Shown here in pieces: positions 43,238-53,056 of a stretch of 64,000 bases of DNA. The translations under genes were made by a program, and so were the position numbers. Each line of letters opens with the position of its first letter. Within the stretch, counting starts at the first letter, position 1. Below the pieces are notes generated by a model, which was given only the letters and a program-made list of their open reading frames with translations, made no database searches and was not told the DNA's origin. The DNA lies in assembly GCA_944376845.1 (NCBI GenBank), contig CALWDZ010000003.1, forward strand, positions 59,758 to 123,757, in the 5' to 3' direction. This stretch comes from an uncultured Clostridia bacterium (lineage in GTDB: Bacteria > Bacillota > Clostridia > Christensenellales > UBA1242).

Positions 43238-44965
43238 TTACAATGTCATTTCATTGTCTTTTACGTAATGTGCTGTTTCTTTCATAAATTCAGAATACTC
43301 ACTTTCGGTTAAAAGTCCACTTTCTTTAAGATTTTTTAAAAAGCAAACATCATTACGAATTTTTTGCTGTGATTTAATATCCATTGAATAAAAGTAGTTT
43401 CTGATAATTTCAGGACCATTTTTATTTTCTACTTTTACCAACTCGTTTAAAAGTCCATTATAAAAATATTTTGAACGTTGAAGGTGAGGTGATAATTGTT
43501 TTTCATTATTTAGTAAAAAATATACATTATTTCTACACATTTTTTCAAATAATAATTGATTATTTGAAATGCATTTTATAACAAGGTCTGAATTCATATA
43601 GTCTGTAATATCGAAATCATATTGCTCCATAATTTCTAGGTACTGCTTTATAATTTCAATTTTTGCATCATTATTTTTAGGCAGATAATTTTTATCTTCA
43701 TCAAATAATCTTTTAAATAATTCTTGTTTTGGAATTACCTTTTGATAATTGTCGTAAATTTCAGAAGTAGGTGAGAGTACTTGTTGATATATTTCAAAAA
43801 CTTTATAATCATCAGGATAAAAACTAGGTAATTCTACATCATTAACAAAATTTTCTATAAATTTTCTTTGACAAATAGGGAACATATTAAGGTTAAATTG
43901 TGGGATTTTAGAAGATGATAGTTGCTTATTTTTATAATAATTAAAATAAGCACGATTTCTTGAATCACTATACGAATTTGATTTTTCACCTCTATTTTTC
44001 GAGAAAATATCTGAAAATTTTAATGTTTTTAATTTGTCTTTGGATTCGGCAGCATATTTGTCAATTACCATTTTTGAAATCATATTATAAAGTGCTGAAA
44101 AACCTGCTGAAACATTTGAACTAATATAATACCTATCGTTTTTAATTGAATACTCATAGGAACGATAGCAAGCATCAAACAATAACGATAATTTCATAAT
44201 ATCTGATTGAGTTTGATGAAAATTTGAAGCAAGATAATTAATGAAACCATTTACATTCGATGAGAAATAATAATTCATTATTTTTTTCTCATCACAAAAT
44301 TTCAAAATGGCACTAAACATTTTAACAGGAAAGTCATAATATCTTTCATTTACAGGTTCATATCTTTGTGCCAATATTTCGGTGTATGCCTCATTAAGCA
44401 TTGTATGTATGTTTTGCTTAAATATATTCCCCGATGGAAAACATTCTAAATTTGTACATCTAAAACCACATTTATTATCGTTTGCGGAAACCGAATGTAT
44501 CATTTCATGAAGTAATGCATGCGGAAGAAGTGGCGATGATAAATAACTTGCATCTATAGTTATACAATGGCTGTTTGGGTTGTATTTTCCAGCACAGCCC
44601 TTAATGCTTCCAATTTTATAATTAACTGAAGTTAAATTATCGGACATTTTTTCTTGTAATTCGTTTGGCATTTCGGCAATTATATTTAGCATAGAAAGTT
44701 TTGCTATAATAAGGGCATTCTGGAAATGCGTTTTTTCTTGTTGAGAATGTAACTGCTGTTGATAATCTTCATATAAAACATCATCTACAAAAGGTTTTAA
44801 AAAAGCATCTAGTGACTTTGATTTTACGTTTATGAATTTTTCATTTTGTAACTTAAAGTAGGTATATGCTAAATTTTTCTTGTCACGGCAAACAAAAATC
44901 TCATTTCCTTTGTGAGAAAAAGAATAAAGTATGTAATAATTTTTATCCAAATTTTCAAAATTCAT
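43238..44965 (-). CDS. hypothetical protein with HExxH motif (possible metallopeptidase)
   Basis: 575-aa ORF. HALLHEMIHS is the only recognisable motif. Confidence 0.4.
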   Translation of the reverse strand: MNFENLDKNYYILYSFSHKGNEIFVCRDKKNLAYTYFKLQNEKFINVKSKSLDAFLKPFVDDVLYEDYQQQLHSQQEKTHFQNALIIAKLSMLNIIAEMPNELQEKMSDNLTSVNYKIGSIKGCAGKYNPNSHCITIDASYLSSPLLPHALLHEMIHSVSANDNKCGFRCTNLECFPSGNIFKQNIHTMLNEAYTEILAQRYEPVNERYYDFPVKMFSAILKFCDEKKIMNYYFSSNVNGFINYLASNFHQTQSDIMKLSLLFDACYRSYEYSIKNDRYYISSNVSAGFSALYNMISKMVIDKYAAESKDKLKTLKFSDIFSKNRGEKSNSYSDSRNRAYFNYYKNKQLSSSKIPQFNLNMFPICQRKFIENFVNDVELPSFYPDDYKVFEIYQQVLSPTSEIYDNYQKVIPKQELFKRLFDEDKNYLPKNNDAKIEIIKQYLEIMEQYDFDITDYMNSDLVIKCISNNQLLFEKMCRNNVYFLLNNEKQLSPHLQRSKYFYNGLLNELVKVENKNGPEIIRNYFYSMDIKSQQKIRNDVCFLKNLKESGLLTESEYSEFMKETAHYVKDNEMTL

Positions 44966-44967
44966 AA

Positions 44968-45414
44968 TTATTCCTTATTTTTTCCAAGCCCAGTTGAACC
45001 GAAACCTTCAACCCCTCGAGTAGTGTCATCAAGTGTTTCTACAACTTTTGTTTTTGCATAGCAAACTTTGTTGATGACAAGTTGTGCGATTTTTTGACCC
45101 TTTTTAATTTCATAGGGTTTATTTGATAAATTATAAAGTATCACACAAATTTCACCACGATAGTTTTCATCCACTGTGCCAGGGGAGTTAAGAACGAAAA
45201 CGCCATTTTTGAGTGCTATTCCGCTTTTACTTCTAACTTGTCCTTCTGTGCCTTTTGGAAGTTGCATTGAAAGTCCTGTTCCAACTTTTTGCCACGTAAA
45301 TGGTTGTATAACTATGTCTTCTACGCTATATAAGTCCATACCTGCGTCACCAACATGAGCATAGTCAGGAATAATGGCATCTTTATTTAGTTTTACAAAT
45401 TTTATTGTTTTCAT
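44968..45414 (-). CDS. dut: dUTP diphosphatase
   Basis: GDAGMDLYS, NSPGTVDENYRGE and RGVEGFGSTG motifs. Confidence 0.9.
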   Translation of the reverse strand: MKTIKFVKLNKDAIIPDYAHVGDAGMDLYSVEDIVIQPFTWQKVGTGLSMQLPKGTEGQVRSKSGIALKNGVFVLNSPGTVDENYRGEICVILYNLSNKPYEIKKGQKIAQLVINKVCYAKTKVVETLDDTTRGVEGFGSTGLGKNKE

Positions 45415-45460
45415 CCTTTCTCCTTAATTATAAATCAAAGTAAATATTTTGTAAATACCT

Positions 45461-45949
45461 TTAATTTATTTCTTTAACATTATCAGGTATGAAGATATTA
45501 TGAGCATCAGCATCCATATCGTTTGAAACAATTTTGTCAGTTGTAAGTTTTAAATATTTTATATTTGCTTGTGCTAAAACATTTCCATCTATGTCCAAAA
45601 TTTTTGCTTCACTTTGAACAAATCTTGATGTATTAGATATGACTTTGCCAATTCCTTTAAGCGGTACATTATATGGAACAGGTTTTCTAAATTTTGTAGT
45701 TATCTCCATTGTTACGCCAAAAGTATTTTCAAGTGGCCATAAACTTCTAAGACCAAGTTCATCTAACATGGCGGTTATCATCCCTCCATGTGTGCGCTCT
45801 GGATAACTTTGGTGGAATTCTTTAAACTCAAATGTGCTCATCACACTACCATCTTCCATTTCATAAAAAGGTGCTTTTAAACTGCTAGGGTTTTCCACTC
45901 CACAAATAATACACATTTTACTATTACATTGTTTTGTTTTTACTTTCAT
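45461..45949 (-). CDS. PaaI/hotdog-fold thioesterase with N-terminal Cys-rich segment
   Basis: [13 protein letters not shown] hotdog motif. Start uncertain (ATG 45949 or TTG 45976). Confidence 0.6.
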   Translation of the reverse strand: MKVKTKQCNSKMCIICGVENPSSLKAPFYEMEDGSVMSTFEFKEFHQSYPERTHGGMITAMLDELGLRSLWPLENTFGVTMEITTKFRKPVPYNVPLKGIGKVISNTSRFVQSEAKILDIDGNVLAQANIKYLKLTTDKIVSNDMDADAHNIFIPDNVKEIN

Positions 45950-46049
45950 AGAAGAAATAATATCACAAAACTGCAAAATAACAAATCATTTAACAATATT
46001 TATTTTATCGTCATACAATGAAATGAATACACTTAAAAGGAGAAGGACA

Positions 46050-46916
46050 ATGCCATGTAATTGTAATAATACGCCACCACCATGTTGTGAAAATATTTTC
46101 GCAACAAACACGGTGACGAGAAGTCAACGCGGTCCACAAGGTCCTACAGGTCCAACCGGACCAACAGGCCCTTCTACTGGAGCGACTGGTCCAACCGGTG
46201 CAACAGGTCCAACCGGTGCCACAGGTCCTACTGGAGCAACTGGTCCAACAGGTGCACAAGGCCCACAAGGAATACAAGGTATTCAAGGATTTGCTGGTAT
46301 ACAAGGTCCTACAGGAACAACGGGTGCCACGGGACCAACAGGAGCCACAGGAGCGACTGGTCCAGCCGGAGCGACTGGTCCAACTGGACCTGCCGGAGCA
46401 ACAGGCGCGACAGGTGCAACCGGACCAACAGGTGCAACAGGTCCTACTGGTGCCACTGGAGTTACGCCAACATTTACTATTGGTACCGTAACCACTGGAG
46501 CACCTGGAACCACTGCAACGGCTAATATAACTGGAACTGCACCAAACTTTTTCTTGAATTTGATAATACCTCAAGGTGCCACAGGTCCAACTGGGGCAAC
46601 GGGACCAGCAGGTACGACAGGTGCAACCGGCCCAACTGGACCTATAGGAACATTAGGTGCAACAGGTCCAACAGGAGCAACTGGGGCGACAGGTGCTACA
46701 GGCCCAACGGGACCTGCCGGAGCAACGGGTACCACTGGAGCAACTGGACCAACCGGCCCAGCGGGAGCAACGGGAGCAACAGGCCCTACAGGACCAGCAG
46801 GTGCAACTGGTGCAACGGGTCCAACTGGACCTGCCGGGGCAACAGGTGCTACAGGTCCAACCGGACCAACTGGAGCGACGGGACCAACCGGACCAACTGG
46901 CCCAACTGGACCATAA
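46050..46916 (+). CDS. collagen-like triple-helix repeat protein (BclA-like surface protein)
   Basis: RBS AAAGGAGAAGG. Cys-rich N-terminus [13 protein letters not shown]. Two G-x-T blocks are separated by [39 protein letters not shown]. The protein ends inside the repeat. Confidence 0.85.
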   Translation: MPCNCNNTPPPCCENIFATNTVTRSQRGPQGPTGPTGPTGPSTGATGPTGATGPTGATGPTGATGPTGAQGPQGIQGIQGFAGIQGPTGTTGATGPTGATGATGPAGATGPTGPAGATGATGATGPTGATGPTGATGVTPTFTIGTVTTGAPGTTATANITGTAPNFFLNLIIPQGATGPTGATGPAGTTGATGPTGPIGTLGATGPTGATGATGATGPTGPAGATGTTGATGPTGPAGATGATGPTGPAGATGATGPTGPAGATGATGPTGPTGATGPTGPTGPTGP

Positions 46917-46926
46917 TGACAAAAAA

Positions 46927-46957
46927 ATATCCGCATTATTTGGCGGATATTTTTTTA
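46927..46957. terminator. bidirectional intrinsic terminator
   Basis: ATATCCGC-ATTATTTG-GCGGATAT with flanking A and T runs. Confidence 0.75.
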
Positions 46958-47692
46958 TAATGTATTTTCAAGTGTATTTATTTTAACAAATTCATAACAA
47001 ATTTTATGTTTATAGCCACTTTGTGTAACAAATTCAATATTTTTGGTTTTGAAGTTATTTATAAGTTTTTGTTTAAAAATTTGTTCTCCAATATTTTTTG
47101 GCAATTTGCACATTATTGGAGGTGGCATATCCTTATCATAAATTTTTGAACAAATAAGGTCAAAAACATAGTAGTCTTCATTTATTTTTAAAACATTAAA
47201 ACTGTGGAGTTCTTCAATACCATCAAAATTTATATTTGACGCTACAAGTGCGCAATCAAAATTTAATAATTTAAAAATGTTATGGGCAAAAGTACTTCGC
47301 TCAAGACATTGACTAATTCTTGTATTTTTTAATGATGACAGTGTAACATTTTCGCCACGATCTTGTTCTAGTTTGTATTTTTGTATATACGCAATAGGGT
47401 CAACTGAACCTATTCCAAAATAATCAAGAACATAGTTTTGAACAACTTTGCAAATGTCATTAACTGTTAATTTGTTTTGTTTTTTTATTTGTTGAATTTT
47501 TGAAATTATGTCGTGATATGCTTTATAATCATCCAACACAAAATATGTGTATCCTGCAAAAACCAATGAATTTTTGTCTAGAAAATCCAAACAAATGGTT
47601 GTTTTATAATCTTGCGGAGTATAGAATTTTGCTACTTTGAATTTTTTCATATATTTTATATTACCACTAAAGTTTATCTTCGTCAATGTCAA
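46955..47692 (-). CDS. hypothetical protein (possible transglutaminase-like Cys-His-Asp fold)
   Basis: 245-aa ORF. QCLERSTFAHNIF...ELHSFNV...VFDL spacing resembles the papain/transglutaminase core. Weak evidence. Confidence 0.35.
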   Translation of the reverse strand: MTLTKINFSGNIKYMKKFKVAKFYTPQDYKTTICLDFLDKNSLVFAGYTYFVLDDYKAYHDIISKIQQIKKQNKLTVNDICKVVQNYVLDYFGIGSVDPIAYIQKYKLEQDRGENVTLSSLKNTRISQCLERSTFAHNIFKLLNFDCALVASNINFDGIEELHSFNVLKINEDYYVFDLICSKIYDKDMPPPIMCKLPKNIGEQIFKQKLINNFKTKNIEFVTQSGYKHKICYEFVKINTLENTL

Positions 47693-47765
47693 TATTGCAA
47701 ATTTAAGTTTACATTTAGTAAAGAAAATGATATATTGTAATGTATTATCAATTTAGGAGAAAACA

Positions 47766-49190
47766 ATGAAAAACAAAGCGATTACTTCACGTGATATTGA
47801 TTTTGCAAAGTGGTATACTGACATAGTTAGATGTGCAAAACTTGCAGAATATTCAAACACTAAAGGTTGTGTAATTTTGGAGCCAAATGGTTATGCAATT
47901 TGGGAAAAAATGCAAAGTGTATTAGATAAAATTTTCAAACAAACTGGGCATCAAAATGTTTCTATGCCTATGCTTATTCCTGAAAATTTGTTAAGAAAAG
48001 AAGGAGAACTTGTTGAAGGTTTTGCACCTGAATGTGCTTGGGTTACTATAGGTGGACAAAATACTCTCGATGAAAGGCTTGCAATACGTCCAACAAGCGA
48101 AACACTATTTTCTGATTATTATAGTTTAAAAGTTAAATCTTATAGAGATTTGCCAAAACTTTACAATCAGTGGTGCAACGTTATGCGTTGGGAAAAGGAA
48201 ACAAGACCATTTTTAAGAACACGTGAGTTTTTATGGCAAGAAGGACATACTGTTCATGCAAACAAAGAAGAAGCCGAAGCGGAAACTCTAAGAATGCTTA
48301 ATGTTTATAAAGATTTTTTTGAAAAATATCTTGCAATTCCTGTAATTTGTGGAAAAAAGACAGAAAAAGAAAAATTTGCAGGCGCTGAATATACCTATAC
48401 TATTGAAGCACTTATGTATAATGGAGTTAGTTTACAAAGTGCAACATCACATTATTTTGGACAAAAATTTGCAAAGGCTTATGATATTAAGTTTTTAAAT
48501 AAAAATAATGAGTGGGAATATGCTTACCAAACTTCTTGGGGCTGTTCAACTCGTATGATTGGTGGGTTAATTATGGTGCATAGTGATGATAATGGTCTTG
48601 TCCTTCCACCAAACATAGCACCACGACAAGTAGTTATTGTTCCAATAGGTGAGGACGAAGAAGTTAAAGCACTTGCAAGTAAATATCTTAAACTTTTATC
48701 AGATGCAGGCATAACAGTATTTTGTGATGATTCTGACCGTTCACCAGGATATAAATTTGCCGAACATGAGGTAAATGGAATACCAGTTAGAATTGAAATT
48801 GGAGCAAGGGATCTTGCAAACGGAGAAATTACACTTTCAAGACGTGACACAAGAGAGAAGGTAAATGTAAGTGCAGTTTGCGATATTGTTGAAACAGTTA
48901 AAAAACTTATGAGCGATATTCAAGAAAACCTTTATAATCGTGCTTTGAAGAGAAGAGATTTACTCACTTATAGAACAGACGATATCAAAGAAGTTGAAAA
49001 TATAATCAAGACAAAACCAGGCTTTATTTATGCACATTGGTGTGGTGATGAGGCTTGTGAACTTAAAATGAAAGAAATCGGTGGCATAAAGTCAAGATGT
49101 ATAACAAGTGAACCTGTTTCTGACGGCGACAAATGTGTTGTTTGTGGTAAACCGGCAAAACATATGGTTGTTTGGGGAACTCAGTATTGA
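47766..49190 (+). CDS. proS: proline--tRNA ligase (archaeal/eukaryote-like type, no INS editing domain)
   Basis: FAKWYTDIV..., class II motifs, and a C-terminal Zn-binding CVVCGKPA. 474 aa. Confidence 0.9.
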   Translation: MKNKAITSRDIDFAKWYTDIVRCAKLAEYSNTKGCVILEPNGYAIWEKMQSVLDKIFKQTGHQNVSMPMLIPENLLRKEGELVEGFAPECAWVTIGGQNTLDERLAIRPTSETLFSDYYSLKVKSYRDLPKLYNQWCNVMRWEKETRPFLRTREFLWQEGHTVHANKEEAEAETLRMLNVYKDFFEKYLAIPVICGKKTEKEKFAGAEYTYTIEALMYNGVSLQSATSHYFGQKFAKAYDIKFLNKNNEWEYAYQTSWGCSTRMIGGLIMVHSDDNGLVLPPNIAPRQVVIVPIGEDEEVKALASKYLKLLSDAGITVFCDDSDRSPGYKFAEHEVNGIPVRIEIGARDLANGEITLSRRDTREKVNVSAVCDIVETVKKLMSDIQENLYNRALKRRDLLTYRTDDIKEVENIIKTKPGFIYAHWCGDEACELKMKEIGGIKSRCITSEPVSDGDKCVVCGKPAKHMVVWGTQY

Positions 49191-49232
49191 CATTTTTCGC
49201 ATTTATGTTAAACTAAAACCAAAGGAGTTACT

Positions 49233-50501
49233 ATGAAATTTACTATTGACTTTCATGAACTCAATAAACTACCAAGATTTCTTAAAAATCAGGCACATGA
49301 TACTTATCCACTTTATGTAAGATGCCCAATGGAGTTGGCACCTATTTGCGATGATGTTTATAGCGATATTTTAAATGCCACGCGGGACTATAATGTTGAA
49401 ACAAACATTGTATTTACTGTGACTAATTATAATATTGACGCAAAAACACTTGAAAATTTAAAAACTATTTCTGATAAAGAAAATATAAATATTCTTCTAG
49501 AAGATACATCTGAATCTGTGGCTAATAATGAAAAAGATTATATAGATCTTGATATTGCAATTGCAGCTACCAAAAAGTTAGATGATTGCATTGAATTTAT
49601 AAGACAAAACAAATTTTCACCATTTGAAACATTGCTTTTTGCATATATTTATGCAACAAAAAGACCATATAATGAAGAGAAGAAAAATCAATCATTGGTT
49701 TTGTCTCGTTCAGTATTTCATGTTTTAACTTGTGACAAAATTGTTTGCTCGGGATATTGTAATATCATTAGGGCATTGGTAGAAAAATATGACGACCCAC
49801 GTCTTTTGGTTTTTAAAAATACAACAAAATACAAAACATGGGATATTCATGATCTTCACGCAACTCTAATTTCATATCTTAGAGATAAAAAATACAATAT
49901 AAATACTTATTCATATTTAGACCCAACTATTGATTCGGAAGAAAAGAATGTTAGAAATTTTATAGATAGAAGATTTTCTTTAAGTGGCTTTATGGTTCCA
50001 TTACGAGATATACGTCATTTACATGATAGACCATTTATGGTTAATGAATCTGATTATTATGATGATGATAGTTTTATATACAAAAGTTATTTAGATTTTA
50101 TTACAGATAAAGAAAATAATAATAGTTTTGCTTACAATGGTATTGAAATTGCAGATGGCTTTAAAAAGTCTTTAAATGACAATTTTGCAATTATTGATTA
50201 TTATAGTAAAAAATATCAGGCACTAAAAAATAAATATCCAAGTATGGTTGCACAAGTGGAAGAACAGCCTGAGTTTATAACTGAAGATTTATATAAATTT
50301 AGTAAACCAATTACTTTACAAAAAATAAAAATTGCACTTTTGAAAGTAGTTGGATGTATGACCGATTTAAAAGGTGAGCAATTAAAAGGTTTTGTTAATC
50401 AAGTAGTTAATAACAATGTAAAATATATAGACCAAAAATACGATGAAGGTGCTACCAACGCTTTTTCAAAAGAAAATTATAAACATAACTACGAAAAATA
50501 A
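49233..50501 (+). CDS. hypothetical protein
   Basis: 422-aa ORF with RBS AAAGGAG. No recognisable motif. Confidence 0.4.
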   Translation: MKFTIDFHELNKLPRFLKNQAHDTYPLYVRCPMELAPICDDVYSDILNATRDYNVETNIVFTVTNYNIDAKTLENLKTISDKENINILLEDTSESVANNEKDYIDLDIAIAATKKLDDCIEFIRQNKFSPFETLLFAYIYATKRPYNEEKKNQSLVLSRSVFHVLTCDKIVCSGYCNIIRALVEKYDDPRLLVFKNTTKYKTWDIHDLHATLISYLRDKKYNINTYSYLDPTIDSEEKNVRNFIDRRFSLSGFMVPLRDIRHLHDRPFMVNESDYYDDDSFIYKSYLDFITDKENNNSFAYNGIEIADGFKKSLNDNFAIIDYYSKKYQALKNKYPSMVAQVEEQPEFITEDLYKFSKPITLQKIKIALLKVVGCMTDLKGEQLKGFVNQVVNNNVKYIDQKYDEGATNAFSKENYKHNYEK

Positions 50502-50545
50502 TAAAAATATTTGTAAAAACTTAAATTAGAGAGTAATATATACGT

Positions 50546-52330
50546 ATGAAACATTTAACAAGTGAACAATTGAGGTCGATGTATATAAAGTTTTTTGTCG
50601 ACCACGGACATGTACAAATTCCTTCTGCATCAGTAATTCCAGAAAATGACCCAACGGTGCTTTTCACCACTGCAGGTATGCATCCACTAGTCCCATACCT
50701 TCTTGGAGAAAAACATCCAGCAGGCAAAAGACTTACTGATTATCAAAAATGCATAAGAACAGGTGATATTGATGATGTAGGTGATTCTTCACACTGCACA
50801 TTTTTTGAGATGCTAGGTAACTGGAGCCTTGGAGATTATTTTAAGGAACAAATGATTGCATGGAGTTATGAGTTTTTAACAAGTCCAAAATATCTTGGAA
50901 TTGACAAAAATAAAGTTGCCGTTTCAGTTTTTGCTGGCGATAATGAAATGCCTCGTGATGAAGAAAGTGCAATGCTTTGGGAAAAAGCAGGAATAAACAA
51001 GGAAGACATTTACTACCTTTCAAGAGAGCATAACTTTTGGGGACCGGCAGGTACAACAGGCCCTTGCGGTACAGATACAGAGATGTTTATAAAAGTCAAA
51101 GAAAAATGTTCAAAAGATTGCTCACCGGCATGTTCTTGTGGTGCATTTTTGGAAATTTGGAATGATGTCTTTATGGCGTATAACAAAAACGCTGATGGCA
51201 CTTATTCGCCATTAAAGCAAAGAAATGTCGACACCGGAATGGGCTTGGAGCGAACATTATGTGTTTTGAATAATGAACAATCAGTTTATGATACCGACCT
51301 TTTTGAAAATGCCAGGAAAAAATTAGAAGAACTTACAGGACTTAAATATGGTGAGAATGGAAAAATAACGAAGGCATTTCGTGTTATTTTAGACCATATC
51401 CGTACTGCTGTTTTTATGCTTGGTGACCAAAATGGAATTGTTCCAAGCAATGTTGACCAAGGTTATATCTTGCGTAGAATACTTCGTGGTGCAATTCGTC
51501 ATGCACGCACCGTCGGACTTAAAGAAGGTGAGCTGAATGAAATTGCAAAACAATATATTGAAAAATATAAAGATGTCTATCCAGAACTTTTACAAAATAA
51601 AGATAAAATTAATGAAGAAATAACAAAAGAATACAAAAAGTTTATGAGAACACTTGAAGGTGGACTAAAAGAATTTGAACGCACTGTAAAAAAATTAAGT
51701 GGTGATACAATTGATGGTGTTACAGCATTCCATCTTTTTGATACCTTTGGTTTTCCACTTGAGATGACTATTGAACTTGCAAAAGAACAAAATCTTAAAG
51801 TAGATGTGGATGGCTATAAAGAAGCATTTAAAAAACATCAAGAGATTTCACGCGCGGGAAGTGAACAAAAATTTGCATGTGGTCTTGCAGATAACCAAGA
51901 GGCAACTACTCATCTTCACACAGCAACACATCTTTTGCATGCAGCACTTAAAAAAGTAATTTCACCTGATGTAAATCAAAAAGGTAGCAATATAACAGCG
52001 GAAAGGCTGCGCTTTGATTTTAATCTTGATAGACCTTGCACAAAAGAAGAATTGCAAAAAATTGAAGATATGGTCAATGATGTCATAAAGCAAAATATTC
52101 CAGTCGTTATGGAAGAAATGACTGTTGAAGAAGCAAAAAATCGTGGTTTTATAGGACTATTTACAAATAAATACGGTGACAAAGTCAAAACTTATAGAAT
52201 AGGTGATTTTTCAAAAGAAATTTGCGGTGGGCCTCATGCAAATTTTACTGGAGAACTCGGACATTTCAAAATTGTAAAAGAGCAGTCTTGCAGTGCGGGG
52301 GTACGCAGGATTAAAGCCATCCTCGAATAA
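50546..52330 (+). CDS. alaS: alanine--tRNA ligase, short form (594 aa, no C-Ala domain)
   Basis: N-terminal FTTAGMHPLVPYLLG, WNDVFM, editing-domain HTATHLLHAAL and CGGPH. Ends at GVRRIKAILE. Confidence 0.85.
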   Translation: MKHLTSEQLRSMYIKFFVDHGHVQIPSASVIPENDPTVLFTTAGMHPLVPYLLGEKHPAGKRLTDYQKCIRTGDIDDVGDSSHCTFFEMLGNWSLGDYFKEQMIAWSYEFLTSPKYLGIDKNKVAVSVFAGDNEMPRDEESAMLWEKAGINKEDIYYLSREHNFWGPAGTTGPCGTDTEMFIKVKEKCSKDCSPACSCGAFLEIWNDVFMAYNKNADGTYSPLKQRNVDTGMGLERTLCVLNNEQSVYDTDLFENARKKLEELTGLKYGENGKITKAFRVILDHIRTAVFMLGDQNGIVPSNVDQGYILRRILRGAIRHARTVGLKEGELNEIAKQYIEKYKDVYPELLQNKDKINEEITKEYKKFMRTLEGGLKEFERTVKKLSGDTIDGVTAFHLFDTFGFPLEMTIELAKEQNLKVDVDGYKEAFKKHQEISRAGSEQKFACGLADNQEATTHLHTATHLLHAALKKVISPDVNQKGSNITAERLRFDFNLDRPCTKEELQKIEDMVNDVIKQNIPVVMEEMTVEEAKNRGFIGLFTNKYGDKVKTYRIGDFSKEICGGPHANFTGELGHFKIVKEQSCSAGVRRIKAILE

Positions 52331-52905
52331 AACGCAAAATTGTGGGTGTCTGCGTCGTTTACTGTCGGGCAACCCTCACACAATCACGTACAAAGTACGC
52401 TCGTGCGTGAGGGCACCCGCCGAGCCTAGCATCCACCGCACAATTTTGCGTTTTAATTTATTTTAATTGTCATTTCATCGTTTACCGTTAAAGTGAGTTC
52501 ACATAGTCATTTAGGGAACTAAACTTCTGCGTGACACAACAAGTCGAGCCTCGTCTTTGCCGCACAATTTTGCGTTTTTTATATTATATTAGTGTGTCTG
52601 CGTCGTTTACTGTCGGGCAACCCTCACACAATCACGTACAAAGTACGCTCGTGCGTGAGGGCACCCGCCGAGCCTAGCATCCACCGCACAATTTTGCGTT
52701 TTTATTTATTTTAATTGTCATCGCATCGTTTACTGTCAAGTGAGTTTACATAGACTATTTTAAGCCCAAAAGCGAGAGTTTTGACGATGTCGAGCCTCGT
52801 CTTTGCCGCACAATTTTGCGTTTTTTATATTATATTAGGGTGTCTGCGTCGTTTACTGTCGGGCAACCCTCACACAGTCACGTACAAAGTACGCTCGTGC
52901 GTGAG
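52329..52905 (+). repeat. tandem array (~247-bp period, 2.4 copies) of alternating 126/123-nt X and Y units of the CGTTTACYG...GYCGAGCC element family
   Basis: X1 52329-52454, Y1 52455-52580, X2 52581-52703, Y2 52704-52826, X3 (partial) 52827-52905. The X units are nearly identical. The Y units share their flanks but differ in a ~55-nt insert. Confidence 0.9.
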
Positions 52906-52926
52906 CGTGTGGTAATCTCTACTTGT

Positions 52927-52960
52927 GTCGTTCTGAGGAGCGAAGCGACGTGAGAATCTC
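52927..52960 (+). repeat. S-module repeat GTCGTTCTGAGGAGCGAAGCGACGTGAGAATCTC
   Basis: Matches the copies at 30823 and 31493. Confidence 0.8.
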
Positions 52961-52971
52961 ATCATTTAAAA

Positions 52972-52999
52972 GACTTCATTTTTGTGTGAAGTTTTTTTA
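52972..52999 (+). terminator. intrinsic terminator closing the alaS-array unit
   Basis: ACTTCA-TTTTTGTG-TGAAGT followed by T7. Confidence 0.65.
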
Positions 53000-53056
53000 T
53001 TATATATTGGTTTTTTTATTTAAATATGCTAATATATTAGTTATAGAGAGTGTATT

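Noticed and set aside
46011-46986. Six additional ORFs on both strands and in alternative frames across the collagen-like gene (for example 46011-46574 minus, 46571-46936 minus, 46657-46986 plus).
   Set aside because: They are by-products of the GC-rich G-x-T triplet periodicity, which keeps all frames open. Only the plus-strand frame starting at 46050 has an RBS, a non-repetitive N-terminus and a terminator.
52329-52905. CRISPR-like array (constant segments alternating with variable segments).
   Set aside because: The constant parts are ~70-190 nt structured units rather than 24-48-nt repeats. There are only two variable inserts, they share their first ~17 nt, and no cas genes are present in the window.
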